DNA of 61,200 bases, filler included, from Sphacelaria rigidula (GCA_964200075.2; 8 parts of 8 records of this genome joined end to end with filler, not necessarily neighbours in it), one strand, 5' to 3'; shown: positions 1-13,889, counted from the whole stretch's first letter. The notes: generated from the letters alone by a model not told the origin. Program-made: numbers and translations.

Positions 1-75
1 GAACGGTGCTCCGTCTCGAAAGGGATGCGTGGTCAATGGTCACACGACTAAGGCAAGCAACAAATGAGTACGCCC
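1..75 (+). mobile_element. 3' end of zinc-knuckle LINE ORF2 (fragment)
   Basis: Near-identical to 11292-11366, which ends the LINE ORF2 relic; reads NGAPSRKGCVVNGHTTKASNK* followed by GTACGCCC. Confidence 0.7.
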
Positions 76-112
76 TCCTTATGACTATGGCAAGCATGAT
101 CATTCGAGTACA

Positions 113-545
113 CCCCTCCTTCGCGAGCGTGTTCAATATATATTGGCTGCACAAAAGCTATGCAATGAGCGTGCGCAATATATATATATATATATATATG
201 TTTATATGGGAAAAACGATGCTTTTGGAAAATTTGTGTTCAATATATATCATGGTGACGAAATGTCACGCATCGAATTGACTCAATATATGTTGACACTT
301 CAATACATCAACGACCGGGGTGCACAATATATATTCAATGTTTGGTTCCCAGAGCAAACGCTCGTCCAGTATATATTGTCATGCACTACTTCAAGATCAT
401 GACACGATCACTATATGTTGCTTCAATGTCTCCGAGGACATCTCAACACAAAATACATTGGAAGGACAATTTTTGCGCTGTCTCCAATACAAAGTATTGG
501 TATCATATTGGAACATATTGTATTGTTCAGAGTATATGCAACACA
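113..545. repeat. Element rich in CAATATATATTG-type palindromic motifs
   Basis: Perfect CAATATATATTG at 134-145 plus many degenerate copies; the start (..GCGAGCGTGTTCAATATATAT) recurs near 55685-55712. Confidence 0.5.
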
Positions 546-3500
546 GCAACGGTGACCAGAGGCGTACCAAAAGGCGCATATCGACCCGTGATTTCTGTCA
601 TCGTGATGTTTAGCCAAGATATATTGCATGCTGTGAAGGGGATGGGCGGCACTGCACCGGTGGTTAGATAGGTATCAGAAAGCATATATATATCCCGGGT
701 CGCCTCTTCTGTCATGATATTTTCGGCCAATACATCTCTATATATATAGATGTCAACTAAGGCTACGTGTGAACGCTCCCGTGCAAGCGGGACAAAAAGT
801 CTTACTCTCAAAACAGTATGCTTTACAAACCCCTTCAGCTCCACGTCACCCTGCGACGTATTTCATTTTCGAAAGCTTGATGAGATGGTGCAATGTTTTC
901 CCATCACCGTTCACCTTCGACGAGGGCGAGATTATTCGACCCAAGCTGTCAGTGCCTGAAAGTGCGCTGCCTGAAAGTGCGCGTAATATAGGCAACACGC
1001 GGAGCCGTGATGGTGGCTCTGACGCCTTGAGTATGAAGAATGGAAATTTGATTCTTTACACGGCATACGCGATGAACACAGGATACACTAAAACGCAAGA
1101 AGAGCGTCTCCGTTTCCTCCGGGATAGAGTTTCCGTTGCACGATGTCGCTGTATATGTGTGGTTGCATTGTGCAAAACACATGCTAACGTGAGGTTGATT
1201 AGGTAGTGCAACAATTTTCCATCACCGCCAACCTTAAACGAACGGGTCAGACATTACGCGTACGCGTGCGCGTGTGCTCTCCCTGTCCTTCAGACGAAAA
1301 TCGACGATAGGGAAAAACGAAAGGCTCACGTCGATTATGTCCTACTTCTCCTTGAGGGCGCACTCCCGACAACAATCTTCACCTTATGTTTATACACGCC
1401 TTCCTTTCCGGTCAACTGCCACGGCCTTGTTCTGCTGTGTCTTGCTCTCAGTCTTCATTTTTTGCCATAGCAAGCAAGAGTTTATGTTCAGCAGTAATAT
1501 GACAATGTCTCTGTTTTTCTTGGAGCTATTCGTAGATGTTCTGAGATTTCACCAGAGTCAATAAACGTCCTCGGTTGAGCTTTCTTCGTGCATTGTCGTT
1601 GTACAATCAGAGGTTGATACGCACGAAGCAAAATACGGATCTTGGGCAATGCCATCGATACGCCCTCAAAACGCAGTCCCCTCAGGCCAGACTGCGTGGA
1701 ACGTCAGTGGATGCATATGTTGACACGCAGATGCGTTCACTTCCTGCTGGGTGGCTCCTGCCCCGGCAAACGAACACATCGATCCGTATTGGGCACACTC
1801 TGGGTGATTTCATTCTACGCGGTACCTATCTTGTTATCGCCTGTAGAGGTGCTCACTTCAGGAGGCACGGCCGTGCAAGCGCTGTCAGTGCTTTTACGCG
1901 CTGAAACTTCGACCGGTTGTCATGTAGACAACAGACAACAGCCTTATCTTGCTAAATCTTGGGTCGCGCGGTGTGTGCGTGCGTATTGGGGCGAAAATAC
2001 GTCGGGTTCTGTTCCGATTTTTCTTGTATTATGGCGTAAGACTGCATTGCTTCTTCGTAATGAAGATGCATACTGGGGGAGCGACACCAGTTGTTTCGCG
2101 AAGGTTTCCTGGTATGACTTTACTTTTCTGTCTTGACTTTGTGCATTTGTTGGCAAGCAGTTTTCCTTCACGATAAACGTCTTCCCATCAGACATATTTC
2201 TCGCGGGGGGTATTCGTCCATGTGGTCCGTCATAACCACAGTATACGAGGTCGCGTCCTTGTTGCTTACTTCAGTACTATGGCTTTTTTCGTGAAACGTC
2301 GAATGTTGTATATGTTGAAGCGAGTTTCAACCAACGGTTGTACATAATAATGTTGCTCTTCCGTAAGCAAAATATCAACTTCCGAGCAAACTCCTACTTT
2401 TGGAGAACGAATCCACTTTTTTCCCCATGTTTCAGGTTTTTTTTTGATATCAGAACGCTTTGTCTGTAACACATTTGGGTCTTGCGCGTTCTTCACACTT
2501 TTAATACGTGGAACAAAATTCAGTGTGTTTCATCCACCATTCCGTGCTCTTAACGTTCGCGTTCCTTAATACCCATCATGCCACACCCATGCCAGATCTG
2601 CCTTCTTCTACTCATCACATATAGCACAGTTTCATAACCGATACACACGTCGAATATCTGGCTCAACCTCTTGGTAAGGGTCAGTACCTTCATCATCTCA
2701 TCTCCCAATTTAATTTAATTTTGTCCACGCCTTTCGTGGAGGACGGGGCCGCCGGTAGGCGGCCCAGTCCGATCCTTGCGTATTCGACAACTCTGCGTAG
2801 CAATGCACACGAACTTCTGCCACTTCCTTTTAAGATTTTCCCAATCTGCACGAGCTCCGGTATGCATCACGTCTGTATCCTTCTCAGAGCATAAACTATA
2901 TCTATAATATCCACGATGTATTGACCGGTCAATTTGCTCTCACCAATGCGACCCTAATATATATAATATATATATTGGTCGTGCAATATCTCGTCGCTCA
3001 CACTGCCCCAATATATATTGATGATACAAAATATGTGTAATGCCACGAACCAAGAGTTTCTGCGGCTTCGCTGCCACGATCAGTGGATCGACAGCCAAGG
3101 AACATGAGCACCGGTGATAGCTGTGTGCGTTGCGTGATGACAACGGTCATGGTTTGGAGAAGAAGCCGCAGCAGCTCATGGGCTGAGCACGGTGTTCAAT
3201 CTGGATCATGGATACTTTTATTGAGTGAAGTTGATGCCATTTCAACAGATGACCTACTTTTCTTGCCGTCAAAGGGTTGCTGGAGAGAAGCGGGAAATTT
3301 TTGTCGTGGCTTCTGATTGTTTTATGAGCATGATCGCCGGTGCGATTTTCATGTAAAATCGATGTCGATTCCACGAAAGACTTGGATTGTTCCATTTTCA
3401 GGCCGAAGAGCAACATGTATGGTGAGTACGTACGAAGGCTCAACACAACCCATCACAATCAAAGGTGAGCGTGAGGAATTGGCCGCCCCCGCAAACCAAG

Positions 3501-3749
3501 AACACATGCAGTGGCAACGAATTTGACCATTAGATCGCCAACCAAGAAATGAATTGATGGCCAACCAAAAACACATAGGGTGGCAACGAATTTGACCAGT
3601 TGACCGCCCTGATAGGTTTTCTGTTGTTGAATCGGCATCACTTACTTGGACTTGACAAATTAATGCGTGGCCCAGATGACCTACCCTACTGGTCGAAGTA
3701 TTAAAACAGTAAACATGAAGTAAAATCGCGATATACATACATGTTGGTT

Positions 3750-4011
3750 GTGTGCGTTACGTGTTGCACAGAAGGAGTCAACACAGGAAATTCTGTGGTG
3801 GCCCCCTTATTTTTTCATCGCGAGAGAGGTTCAGCGGTCCCTTTCCCTCGTCGACCGTGGAATCGAATTCTGTTTACCCACGACATGGTCGCCGTCCACT
3901 GTTGGACATGGTGTGAGATAAATTTCCACATGGTGCGACTGCAGTAAGGTTCGAACCCACGACAACCGTCATAAGGTTTTGGGGTTACTAACTGAGCCAC
4001 CGGGGCGACGG
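3750..4011 (-). mobile_element. tRNA-derived SINE, family 1
   Basis: Minus-strand head with A-box TGGCTCAGTTAG and B-box GGTTCGAACC; body (GTCCCTTTCCCTCGTCGACCGT..) shared with 22660-22762. Confidence 0.7.
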
Positions 4012-4512
4012 TCTGCCGACTAAAATATGAAAAAATAGAAGCCGGCGCCCCATGACCAAAAGAACGCACGTACGGCAGAGTAGCAGCAGCAGTAGCATCG
4101 ACAATAGCAGTCCACAGACAGTGGGGAGTGCAGTCGAGACGATGCGACATGCGGGCAAGATCGCAACATGCTCCCGGTGTGCCCCGAGATTGAACGGAGA
4201 GTCGTTCCGCACAGCCCATCCAACTGAGCATGATGCCGATTCAATTTTCAAGTGAAAACGATTCCGGTCACGCGAATGGATGCGGGGCCTGTGTGCGGTA
4301 AGGGGTGGCGGGTATAGTCTCGGACCAAAGGGTCACGGTCATACCAGCGAGAAGGAAAACGGCGCGAAAACAGCATGCAGAACACTGCCCGGAAAGTGTT
4401 GCTCCCGAAACCTCCCGTAGAAGCGGAATGTGTAGGGAAATGGAAGCGAAGGGGCTGATATGGAAAACGTGTACTCTAAAATGAAGTGATGCTGCCTTGT
4501 CAGAAATTCTGA

Positions 4513-4986
4513 GGTCGCTCCTTATAACAGACAAAAATAAAAATCTGAAGAAGTGCTTTCTTGGAGCTTTCACATCGTTTTACACCCCAAAAGAGAGCTA
4601 GGCGGAGTTGGAGACCTTGGAAAGACTTGCTCTACTATTTGAGGCAGTTCCAGAACATCTTCCCGTTTTCCGATGGCCGCAGTTTTCATTTTGGCCAAAC
4701 AAGATTTTTTGTCCGAGAACGGTAGAAACAGTCGAGTCCAGAGAAAAGTGGCAATAGTGTGTAGATTTGACTTGTTTCACCGTCCTCGGACAAAAGTTCT
4801 TGTTCGGCCAAAATGAAAACTGCGGCCGCCGGAAAACGGGAAGATGTCCTGCAACCCTCAATCGGTAGATCAAGTCATTCTAAAATGTCAAAATCCGCCT
4901 AGCTCTCTCTGGGGGCGTAAAATGACGTGAAAGCTCCCCAAAAGTACTTTTTCAGTTTTAATTCTTGTCTATCATAAGGAGCGACC
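4513..4986. mobile_element. Foldback/MITE element (~475 bp imperfect palindrome)
   Basis: Arms pair along their length (GGTCGCTCCTTAT/ATAAGGAGCGACC; GAGAGCTAGGCGGA/TCCGCCTAGCTCTC); homologous to 31591-31982. Confidence 0.75.
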
Positions 4987-7563
4987 GAAGGACGAAATGA
5001 CCCCGTTTCGCTGTACTCTGAAAGCAAGTGAAAAAAGTGCACCTGTCTGCAGGGCTCGCCAACGGGAAAAATGTGACCTGCATATTCGTTTTTAGGCGGG
5101 CAATTTGTGTGCACTCAAAGTATATATTGAACGTGCAATACGTGTGCAGTCCAAGGGTACCAATATATCGCGAAATTATTATTGTTATTATTATGTTCGT
5201 CATATTAGCTCGATCTCTCGAACCCGTGGTCACATGCAAGGAGCATACCACCCGTACCCGTAAAGCAAACAGCCCGCAGAGGAAGACAAGAAACAAAATA
5301 TCTACCCGAAAAAGGGCACCTGCACCATGATAGATCCGTATAAGACCGATTGAACTACAGGAGACTCACGGGAATCGAAAGAGTCCCCGCGTGCGATTTC
5401 TCAAACTACCTTGCCACGTACTGGGCTATACACGGAGTAGTAACAGCGAGTAAGCCGATAACCGAAACGGTCGCGTAGAACAGAGGCCAATCCCCAAATA
5501 GATCTAATGTTTAGAGTGCTGTTCAAAGAGATCCTCGACAGAGCCTGCGCAGCGGAGACTGAACAATGTCAGATATGAATATCTGAGAAAGACACAAACA
5601 GAAATAAAAAAAGAAGAACCGGTGGCAACGAGGAGGGAAAGCCAGGAACTACGATCTCCGTCGGGCTCTGGTCAATTAGCATCGTTATGGAAACATAACA
5701 GTCAGGGCGTGTCCAGGCTACACACGGCATAACGCTCTCATCAAAAAACAGAATCTGTTCGGAGTGTCCTACATTCAACCATGAAAACATGGGATATCAT
5801 CTTCATGTAGTATCCACAACAAACAACCATCAAAAGCCCAACAGAAGAAAAATATTCCGCCCTCAACGAAATTAGCCTCCAGCTCTGCTCTTCTCCGCTG
5901 CAAGGTCCTCTCCCAAGTTGACCTCCTGACGCTCCGATCTGTCCTCACCAGCGTCCATGGCCAACCCAACTGTCCATCCTCGCCGGTGTCCATGATCCCA
6001 AACAGTGTCCCCTCTCCTTACTTTCGTGATAAAATACTTCCTTCTTCGTTATGCACTCTGGTGCTGGTCTGTAGATCGTGTCTCGTCCGGGAGGCTCAAC
6101 CAGACCTAACCCGTCCGTCGACGACCGCTTCTCCTGCATCCTTTTCGCCGAAACCAGTCTACACACACTGGCACACGCTCCTTTGTATCGGGGTTGTGCG
6201 TGCCAGCTTTCGACAGCGGTGCCATCTGCCTCCGCGCGCACATCGTATCTCAACATACCCCCACTCGGGGTATCGACACATTACACTGCTTGTAACCAAG
6301 GATATGCCCGCACTCGGGGTGAGACATATCATACCGCTGCACTACAACAGTGGTGTGCCTGATGAGCACCGCGGTGATCCAACTCTACTACCACACCACA
6401 GCCTTGGCCAAGGGTAGTAGTGAGAAGGAGTCACTTCTTGAAGGTGATTCCGGCCCTACACCCGCCGAAAATACCCTCCCCACGCCGTACCGACAAGACC
6501 GGTCATGGCCTTCGTTGGAGGACGGGTAACGGAGGTATATGAAAATGAGTCGAAAAGAACGATCTGGGCCAGCCGAAAAGCGAATTTATATGATCGACTA
6601 ATATACGTTAAAAGCATATTGTATCGTCCAGGGTGTAAAACCATACCAAAATGTGTCACGAACATTCCGGTATTTTCGGAAGGAAATCGAATCCTGTTCC
6701 GAACATTCAGCTATTATTCCGAAGGGACTGACGAAATAACTGTTATGTGGTTTGTAGATGCCGGTATATCAACCAGTATACACTACTACCTTGGAATGTT
6801 GTTCCTGCATCTGTACGATGCTCAATACTGGCCCGTTTTCTTTTCCTCATGTTCTGACAGGACGGGCCAGGATGGCGCGCGTCGTGTAGCTTGTGTTCGA
6901 TTCTGTACGTGTCTGTTAAGATGTTGACGCTGTGGCACCTCCTTCGCTCTTTACTCTCAAGTCAGCGGATGGCGTAATCTGTGAGTTGAAGGCGATACTT
7001 GTAGTGGAGGGGGCTCTTCCTGCCTTGGCCCCGTTTATTGCCCACCTTGTCAACGATGTAACGTTCGATCTTTGATTGCATCACATGAAGGTGGTCAACC
7101 TGCGGCAGCGGCAGCCTTTTCCCCACAAGAAAATCGACGAATCGATCGAAATCGGGGGCCGGTGGTTTTCACGTGGATAATACCGTTTTGAGTGAGCGAA
7201 ATACAGTGATGTTTCTCGGACATACTCGTGCAACTTCACTTGGTATACAACTGGAGATACGTAAAACATTACGCACGGGCCTCGCAAAGGTAGTACTAGT
7301 TTTGGATTTGCGCCGTCTGCGTCTTGATGTGGCCGGTACAGTAATATTGTTTCGCCAGCCTGGAAAATAGGATCGGACTTTGACTTGTCATTGCCTGCTT
7401 TCTGCTTTCTGCTTTCCGCATGTTCTTCGAAGTTCCATTTTTAAAATTCAAAAGCTGGTTGCAAGTTATTTTCATACGATTATGCATTGCGGGAGGCTCA
7501 TCGAGGATTTCTGCTGAGATGCCTCAACAAGCGTACCTCTAGCCGCAGCGCCCCCTAACCACC

Positions 7564-7663
7564 NNNNNNNNNNNNNNNNNNNNNNNNNNNNNNNNNNNNN
7601 NNNNNNNTTAATTAATTAANNNNNNNNNNNNNNNNNNNNNNNNNNNNNNNNNNNNNNNNNNNN
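7564..7663. other. Artificial contig linker (44N-TTAATTAATTAA-44N)
   Basis: Same linker at 15227-15326, 22890-22989, 30553-30652, 38215-38314, 45877-45976 and 53539-53638; the core has stops in all six frames. Confidence 0.97.
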
Positions 7664-7740
7664 GTCCTTCCGAATTAAGATTATGAGTTCCCCCCCCCCC
7701 CCCCCCCCCTCATTTTTTGCCGCAATCTAAAATTTCGCAG

Positions 7741-7905
7741 ACGGAGCGTTATGATTTCCCCACCATCACGGTGTGCTCTATGCCCGGAAACGGATGCAAC
7801 AGCTACAGTTACAGCTGTGCGAGCACTTTCCAGGCCTACGTGTTCCGCGCCAACGGGTTCAATACCACGCAAGTGAAGGGTCTCAACCTGGCAACCCCCA
7901 ACGAG
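7741..7905 (+). CDS. Probable internal exon (55 codons, phase 0/0) with DEG/ENaC-like FPxITVC motif
   Basis: Pyrimidine tract and TTTCGCAG acceptor at 7740, GAG|GTGGGT donor at 7906; open frame TERYDFPTITVCSMPGNGCNSYSYSC...; family assignment tentative. Confidence 0.5.
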
Positions 7906-9029
7906 GTGGGTGATATATGTTCCGCTTGTCTGCTAAGTGACGCTTGTATCCCCCACTTCCCCCCGCGCGCGTTTTTTTTTGTTACTTATTTCGTTTTGTC
8001 TTCCCAGGCAAAATAATTTCTACAAAATATAACTACAGGCAATTCTATCCATATCTTGTTGCTTTTTTGTTGTTGTTGCCGTATTGCATAACGACAAGCA
8101 ACTCCATCCATATCTTATTGATTTATTTTGCCATATTGCCGCGTCTTGATGGTCAAAGCGGTACACCAACCGCCGGTGTCGGAGGATTTCGTGGCCGACG
8201 CAAGTGATGCAAGGGTTGTTCTTCGATTGACTGATTGGTCAACCAACTGACTTGTGATCGCACTATACAGTACCTGGTCCCCGAGGGGACCCAGCCGTGA
8301 TGATATGGTGGACGTAGCGAAGGTGAATGGAACGGAAACGCTTCCTGGAGAAACCTCGACTAGGGGAGGCGTCAAGGAAAAAATAAAGGGGGGGGGAGGG
8401 GGGGGAAGGGATAGAACAGAGATACCTGAGCAAAAATCAGAGACAAACAAAACGAAAAAAACGAGAGCGTGAGTCTCAAGGGAAAGTGTTCCTCGTGTAC
8501 CGGCAGACAGATGGGTCAGTCCCTTCAGATCACGGAGTCGTCCCGAGGAAGAGGAGATGTTGAAAGTGTGACAGTCATATATTCTCGAGTGAGGAAAGCA
8601 GCGCGAGTAGCCCGGTGAGGCAAGGGAGTCGACTTCTCGAAGTAGCCAAGGAGTGGGAGAGAGATTCAAGCGTTTTGTACGAGGAAGCGCGATTAGATGT
8701 TTCGGTGGTGGGACTGCTGGAGGCATGTAGGATAGGAGGAACAGACTGTACGGCAGTAGGGTTCAGCGTCTTATTCTGAGGGGGAAAGTCAGGTGGGCAA
8801 CATGGTGTGGGGTCAGTCGCCAAAATGTTGATTTGCTACAACGCCACCCACATCACCGAGTGCGTCGACGAGCGCCTGTCGGTGATGTAGTTCGAGATAT
8901 CGGACCAAAGCGGAGCTCTCAACTTCGTGGCTGTGTACTCACCAACCGAAGTCGCCAGGGACGGAACCAAACAAGCTTTTCTGAGATGGGCTTGACGATC
9001 TCGTAGAGTGGATCCTGTCACGGGAGTGC

Positions 9030-10215
9030 ATATGATGATGGACGCCAATGTGCGAACGTGGAGGATGACGGAGAGCTCTCGGAGGGGTCCGAGGTCGCGC
9101 GGGGCCTGCGACAGAGATGTGCGCTGTCTCCCCTGCTGTTCAACATCTCCGCAGCGGCGCTCGAGCTCGTCCTGACGATTCCAGGGAGATATTTTACCTC
9201 GAAGAGGAGACGGAGAGAGGGGCGGAGACACCGCTGGAACATGTACGAAGAGCACTCTGGAGAATGCTCTATGCCGACGACGTCGGCGTCGCTTTGAGAT
9301 GCCCGGACGGCCTGGCGAGAATGATGGCCGTTATAGTAAATATGTCTGGGGCCTGTGAACGGACGATGTTAGAAAGGAAGACGGAGATTCTCTTGACGCG
9401 AGTAACGGAAATACTACCGAAGGAGGCAGTGGCCGCCAACGTCACCTCGCCCGCCACTGGTCATCGAAGTAGCGGGTCAGAAGTACGAACAGATCACGAT
9501 TATTCTATACTTAAACGGTCTCGTCAACGAAGCTGGCGAGCTCACCAAAAATATCAACAGCCAAAGCAGAGCAGCGTGGGCGTGTGCCAGGAAGTTCTCC
9601 TGGACGCTTTTTGTCCAACCCAAAGCACGGTGGAGACTCAACTTCCGACTGCTGAGGCGGAGGCAATGGAGACCGTACTGTGCGGATGCATGACGTGCGC
9701 TCCGCACCGTCAGCACCAGCACTTGCTGGGAGGAACACACCGCCGGCTCCTCTTGCGAGTCACCGTGTCCCACTGCGTGCGTGGCACCTACCGACAATTT
9801 CGTACGCCCATGCCCCCCGAAAAACCGGATTTCAAAGTGTTGAAACCATTGTCTCGCAACGGTGGCAGCTGTTCGCGGAGGCCTTGGCTCGACAACCCGA
9901 CGGACCACTGCCAAAGCGACTAGCTTTCAGAGCAACTCGTGGAGGGGAGTAGATCCAGGGCCAGGGTGCCCAGAGCTACACTGGCTGGACTGCCTGAGGG
10001 ATGATCTCGAAGCGATTGGAGTCACCGAGGACTGACTCTACAGACGACAACCCACAAATGTTCGGAGTTGATGGCGTCCTCTAGACCGCAGCAGCGATAA
10101 GGGAGGAAGGGATGCCGTGGCACGCGGGGGTGCCGCGGGGAGCGGAGAACTTAATAATTTCATGGCGCAAAGATGACGAGGAGGCCCGCCGACAGCGTGC
10201 GAGTGAACGGGACCT
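9030..10215 (+). pseudogene. RTE-like non-LTR retrotransposon reverse transcriptase, frameshifted
   Basis: GLRQRCALSPLLFNI, MLYADD, KTEIL, ETIVSQRWQLFA..LARQPDGPLPKRL and WLDCLRDDL motifs spread over several frames. Confidence 0.9.
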
Positions 10216-10414
10216 CGTGGAAAACAGCACAACAGAGACGACGGCGGGGCGGCGGGGGGGGGGAAAGTCTACTCATGATCATGCACGCCGTAGTCAAGAG
10301 ACCGTTGATCTTGCATCCCTAGAAAGCCTGGACGGAGCACGCCGGGTTTTCTCCGGACCAGGCTCGAACTCACTCACCAAGCGCGAAGTGCGGTAGTGTG
10401 TTCGGCGAGTCCCA

Positions 10415-10705
10415 TGATGGGTGAGCTGCATCCTGCTAAAGATTGGTCGGCCCGAAGCCTACTGATTATCTTGCATTTGGATGACAGCCAACACTGAGTT
10501 ACTTCATTTTCTGGTGTCGCTACTTCCAGGGACAGCCACGGCTCATACACTGCGTCATGGGTGTCTCACCATTTCAACACTACGGAGTACGATCATCCCC
10601 GTTGTGCCGAGTTGAGGTTCTCTCACCCCGCACGATATGATCTGGCTCGACTGATCTCATGGTTACCGCAAAGAAAACGCAAGCACGCAAAAAATTGATG
10701 ACCTG
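10415..10705. repeat. Interspersed ~290-bp repeat of unknown class
   Basis: Colinear with 25478-25765 (GCCTACTGATTATCTT.CATTTGGATGACAGCC..); short piece also at 53639-53675. Confidence 0.7.
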
Positions 10706-10919
10706 GCTGAGGGGGGGGCGAGAGGGATTAACAGGGAAATAAGCGTAGGAAGAATAAAACTAAGGATACTAATGTGGACGACGAGAGCAGGAGGGATGGC
10801 AGAACCTGTAGCCAGATATGTATCAGTCTGAATATAGTGGGGGTGGCAGGAATACCCATCATGCCCCCATGTCTTCGTTTTACTCACTGAGCCCTTCCGT
10901 CCATTGCGCTCTCTCCCTG

Positions 10920-11400
10920 ATTGAAACTGCGATTTCGGGTGAGGGGCCTGAACCTGGCAGAAGACGCGATATACCAGCAGTCGAGTGGAGGAGGGAGTAG
11001 ATGCACAGAATTGCGCCCCTGTGGCAAAGTAATAGAGAGCAAAACGCACATAGTGGCAGAATGTGAACTGTACAAGGAGGAATAGGACGTGCAGGAGGGG
11101 GAAACGGAGATGCCATAAAAACGTTTTATGCATTGAACAGTAGCGAGAGAACGGTCGCTGTACTAAAGGATGAATTATGGCCACAGACGGCGAAACAGGA
11201 CGAGGATAAGATATGTGAAAGGTTCCTGAGTAGTGTATGGGAAGAAACGTAATGAGCACCCAAAGATTGGAGGTGTTTCTACTTGCAGTAGGAACGGTGC
11301 TCCGCCTCGAAAGGGATGCGTGGCCAATGGTCACACGACTAAGGAAAGCAACAAATGAGTACGCCCACCCCCCCCTCCCCTTCCGCCCCTCCTACGCCTC
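10920..11400 (+). mobile_element. LINE ORF2 3' relic with CCHC zinc knuckle
   Basis: LKLRFRV..., C..CGKVIESKTHIVAECELYKEE, ending KGCVANGHTTKESNK* (TGA 11356-11358), then a C-rich tail. Confidence 0.75.
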
Positions 11401-13889
11401 TCGAAAGGGATACGTAGTCGATGATCAAATGACTAAGGCAAGCGATAAAGAGTACGCCCCCACCCTCTTCCCCATGCAGGATAAGAGGTAGGTGCGCATG
11501 AGATTAGTAGAACTAATCGGGGTTTGAATCACTGGCTTTTGCGACGAGCCCGTGAATGTTTGGTGCTAGTGACTGGTTCGTCGTTGACGTTGAAATCCCC
11601 CCTCTATGCTGACCTGGTTTGATTTTTCCGCCCTTCCCCCCCTCCCGCAGGCTTTCCCTCGTGAGTGCGCTGATATCAGGGTGCACGATATTCCTGCTTC
11701 TGAGAAGGACATTGGGATATTTCCCGTCAGCGTGCATATAGAAGTGAGTGCATACACGAACGTATTATTATTCGGTATTCTGCGTCAGACGTTTCAACTA
11801 CAGTCTTTTACTCAACCTCTCGTATAGAGGATGTCCCGGTCCGTTCATTTTGTGTACGTCGATTTGACACCACGAACAGGGAATTTTAAAAGAGAAGGCT
11901 GGGCATTTCGTAAGGGAATGAGCGGACCTCGAAACTCTCCCGAATAGTGGGGAATGGTACCTCTCAACAATACCGTTGTAGAGATTTGACTTGAATCAAA
12001 CACCTCCGCATGTGCCCGTCCTACACCAGCATTTTCTGTTGCGTTGTTGCGAGGTAGACCGAACACGAGTCGACATAACGGCACCGGCAAAGGCGTTCAG
12101 CTGAGCGTTTGAGGGACCGAAATAGTACTGGCCGCGCCTCGTCCGTAAATAATGTTTAGGGCGGTGAAACAGCAATCTCTAGTCTGCGCTGTACGTATTC
12201 TCTGCTCTACTACACTGTGCGGTACTGTACTGTACTGTCCGCTGGCTGCAATGGGCGCTGCCGGAATCATTTTGTAAACTCGCGCGAACATGCGGGGATG
12301 ACTCCTGAAGTCCTGATGTTGTCTGAAGCTGCCTTCGTACTGCTTCATATATTCATGCCAAATCTACCGCAGAATGGATTGTGAAGCCACAGAAAAGGCC
12401 GTCAACAGAATAACTCGGGAAAGTAAACAGCTAAAAGAATCACTCCAGGCACGCAGATGCGCACTGTGCTATGCTGTACCGTACTGTCTGCGGACTGCAG
12501 TGTACGCTGCTGGAGCTTTCCCGGAACTCCCGCGTATATGCGGGTTCTACTCGCGTGGTGCTGTCTCCGCAGGTGTTCGTGGTATTGTATATACAGTATA
12601 TTCAGGCCAACTGTTACCACGGAATACGAATTGAAACCACAAAGGCTGTCAATGGCATAGATCGAAAAATAAATGGACAGAGAAGCCGCTCTTGTTTTAC
12701 TCTATATAAAGTGTCACGTGTGAGTGCAGTATTAGAAGTCTGGTTTGTTGCGAATTCGGCTCTGAAGGCGTCCGCGACCTGCACGCTTTCAGTTGCCTTC
12801 CCCACCTGCAATATGGCTGCGCCACCGGAGAGTCGCGCTCCATGAAATGACGGGTGGGGAACGATATTTTCTTGAGAATCGTTTCCCACGAACAGAAGGT
12901 GGGGAACATGTGCGTATGATTCATGCTGTCATGCTGCATGAGTGAAAGCTGAACATGTACACTACATCCAAGTCGTGTGAACGGAAGGCGGAGAACTTTC
13001 ACGCAAGACTCATGCTACATGAATAGAAACTGTGACACATTTACGCTTTATTTACCTCCTATGGATGAGGATGGTGGGGAACTGATACCCATGATTCATG
13101 CTGCATGGATGGGAGGGGAGAAGCATGCACCTGTGATTCATGAATGACTGGGGGGTGGGGAACATGTACAGGCTGGGCCGCCTAAAACGCGGACAGGAAT
13201 GTGAACACGCGATGATGCAGCTCGATTCTGGGTCGTTTTCTCTAAAATTTTGACACGGTATACAGGACGTATGTGCAAAGATCCCATCATCTCCCCCCTG
13301 TATATATATATATTTTCGTGAGTTTTCCAAGATTAAAGTCCGAAAATAATGTTCTGAAATGTTTAGTCGCCAATAACTCATGGAGGAGAAACAAATGTAG
13401 GGGGGAGATGATGGAGGCTTCGCACATGCGTCCTATACATCGTGTCGAAAGTCCATAGGAAACGACCCAAAATTGACCTGCATAATCGCGTGTCGGTGTC
13501 GAAGACCGGTTTCTACGTCGAGATCCACCACCCACGAAAAAGTGAAACGCGGTTATGTCCGTCAATTCGAAATTTTTTCCCCACGAAATTGACGTATGTT
13601 GTAGGGACCCTATTGTCCCCTTGAGTTTTTTTTCGATGAGCTGTCGACCCTTGTGTACCAGGATAAATGTTCCGAATATGCGATCACGAGTAACTCACGA
13701 GGGGAGAAAAAATGAGGGTGAATTGAAAGGGCTTTCGCACATACCTCATGTACATCGGGTCAAACTTTGATGGAAAACGACTCAAAATTGAGTAGCGCAA
13801 CCGCGCTTTTCTGTTTAGAACCAGTTGACTTGCTTTTAGAGTACAGCAACCTCAGTCGGAACCTTGACGTTCTCTACAAGCTTCTTCAT

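Noticed and set aside
769-1206. 145-aa ORF as an exon
   Set aside because: Plausible acceptor near 838 but no recognisable homology or partner exons; cannot support a call.
3930-4011. tRNA genes (also 15560-15625, 42192-42262, 45978-46044, 53165-53235)
   Set aside because: A/B boxes are present, but I could not build a full cloverleaf and most are joined to repeated bodies; treated as SINE heads.
7608-7619. TTAATTAATTAA as a biological motif
   Set aside because: Always centred in 100-nt N linkers; it is an assembly spacer.
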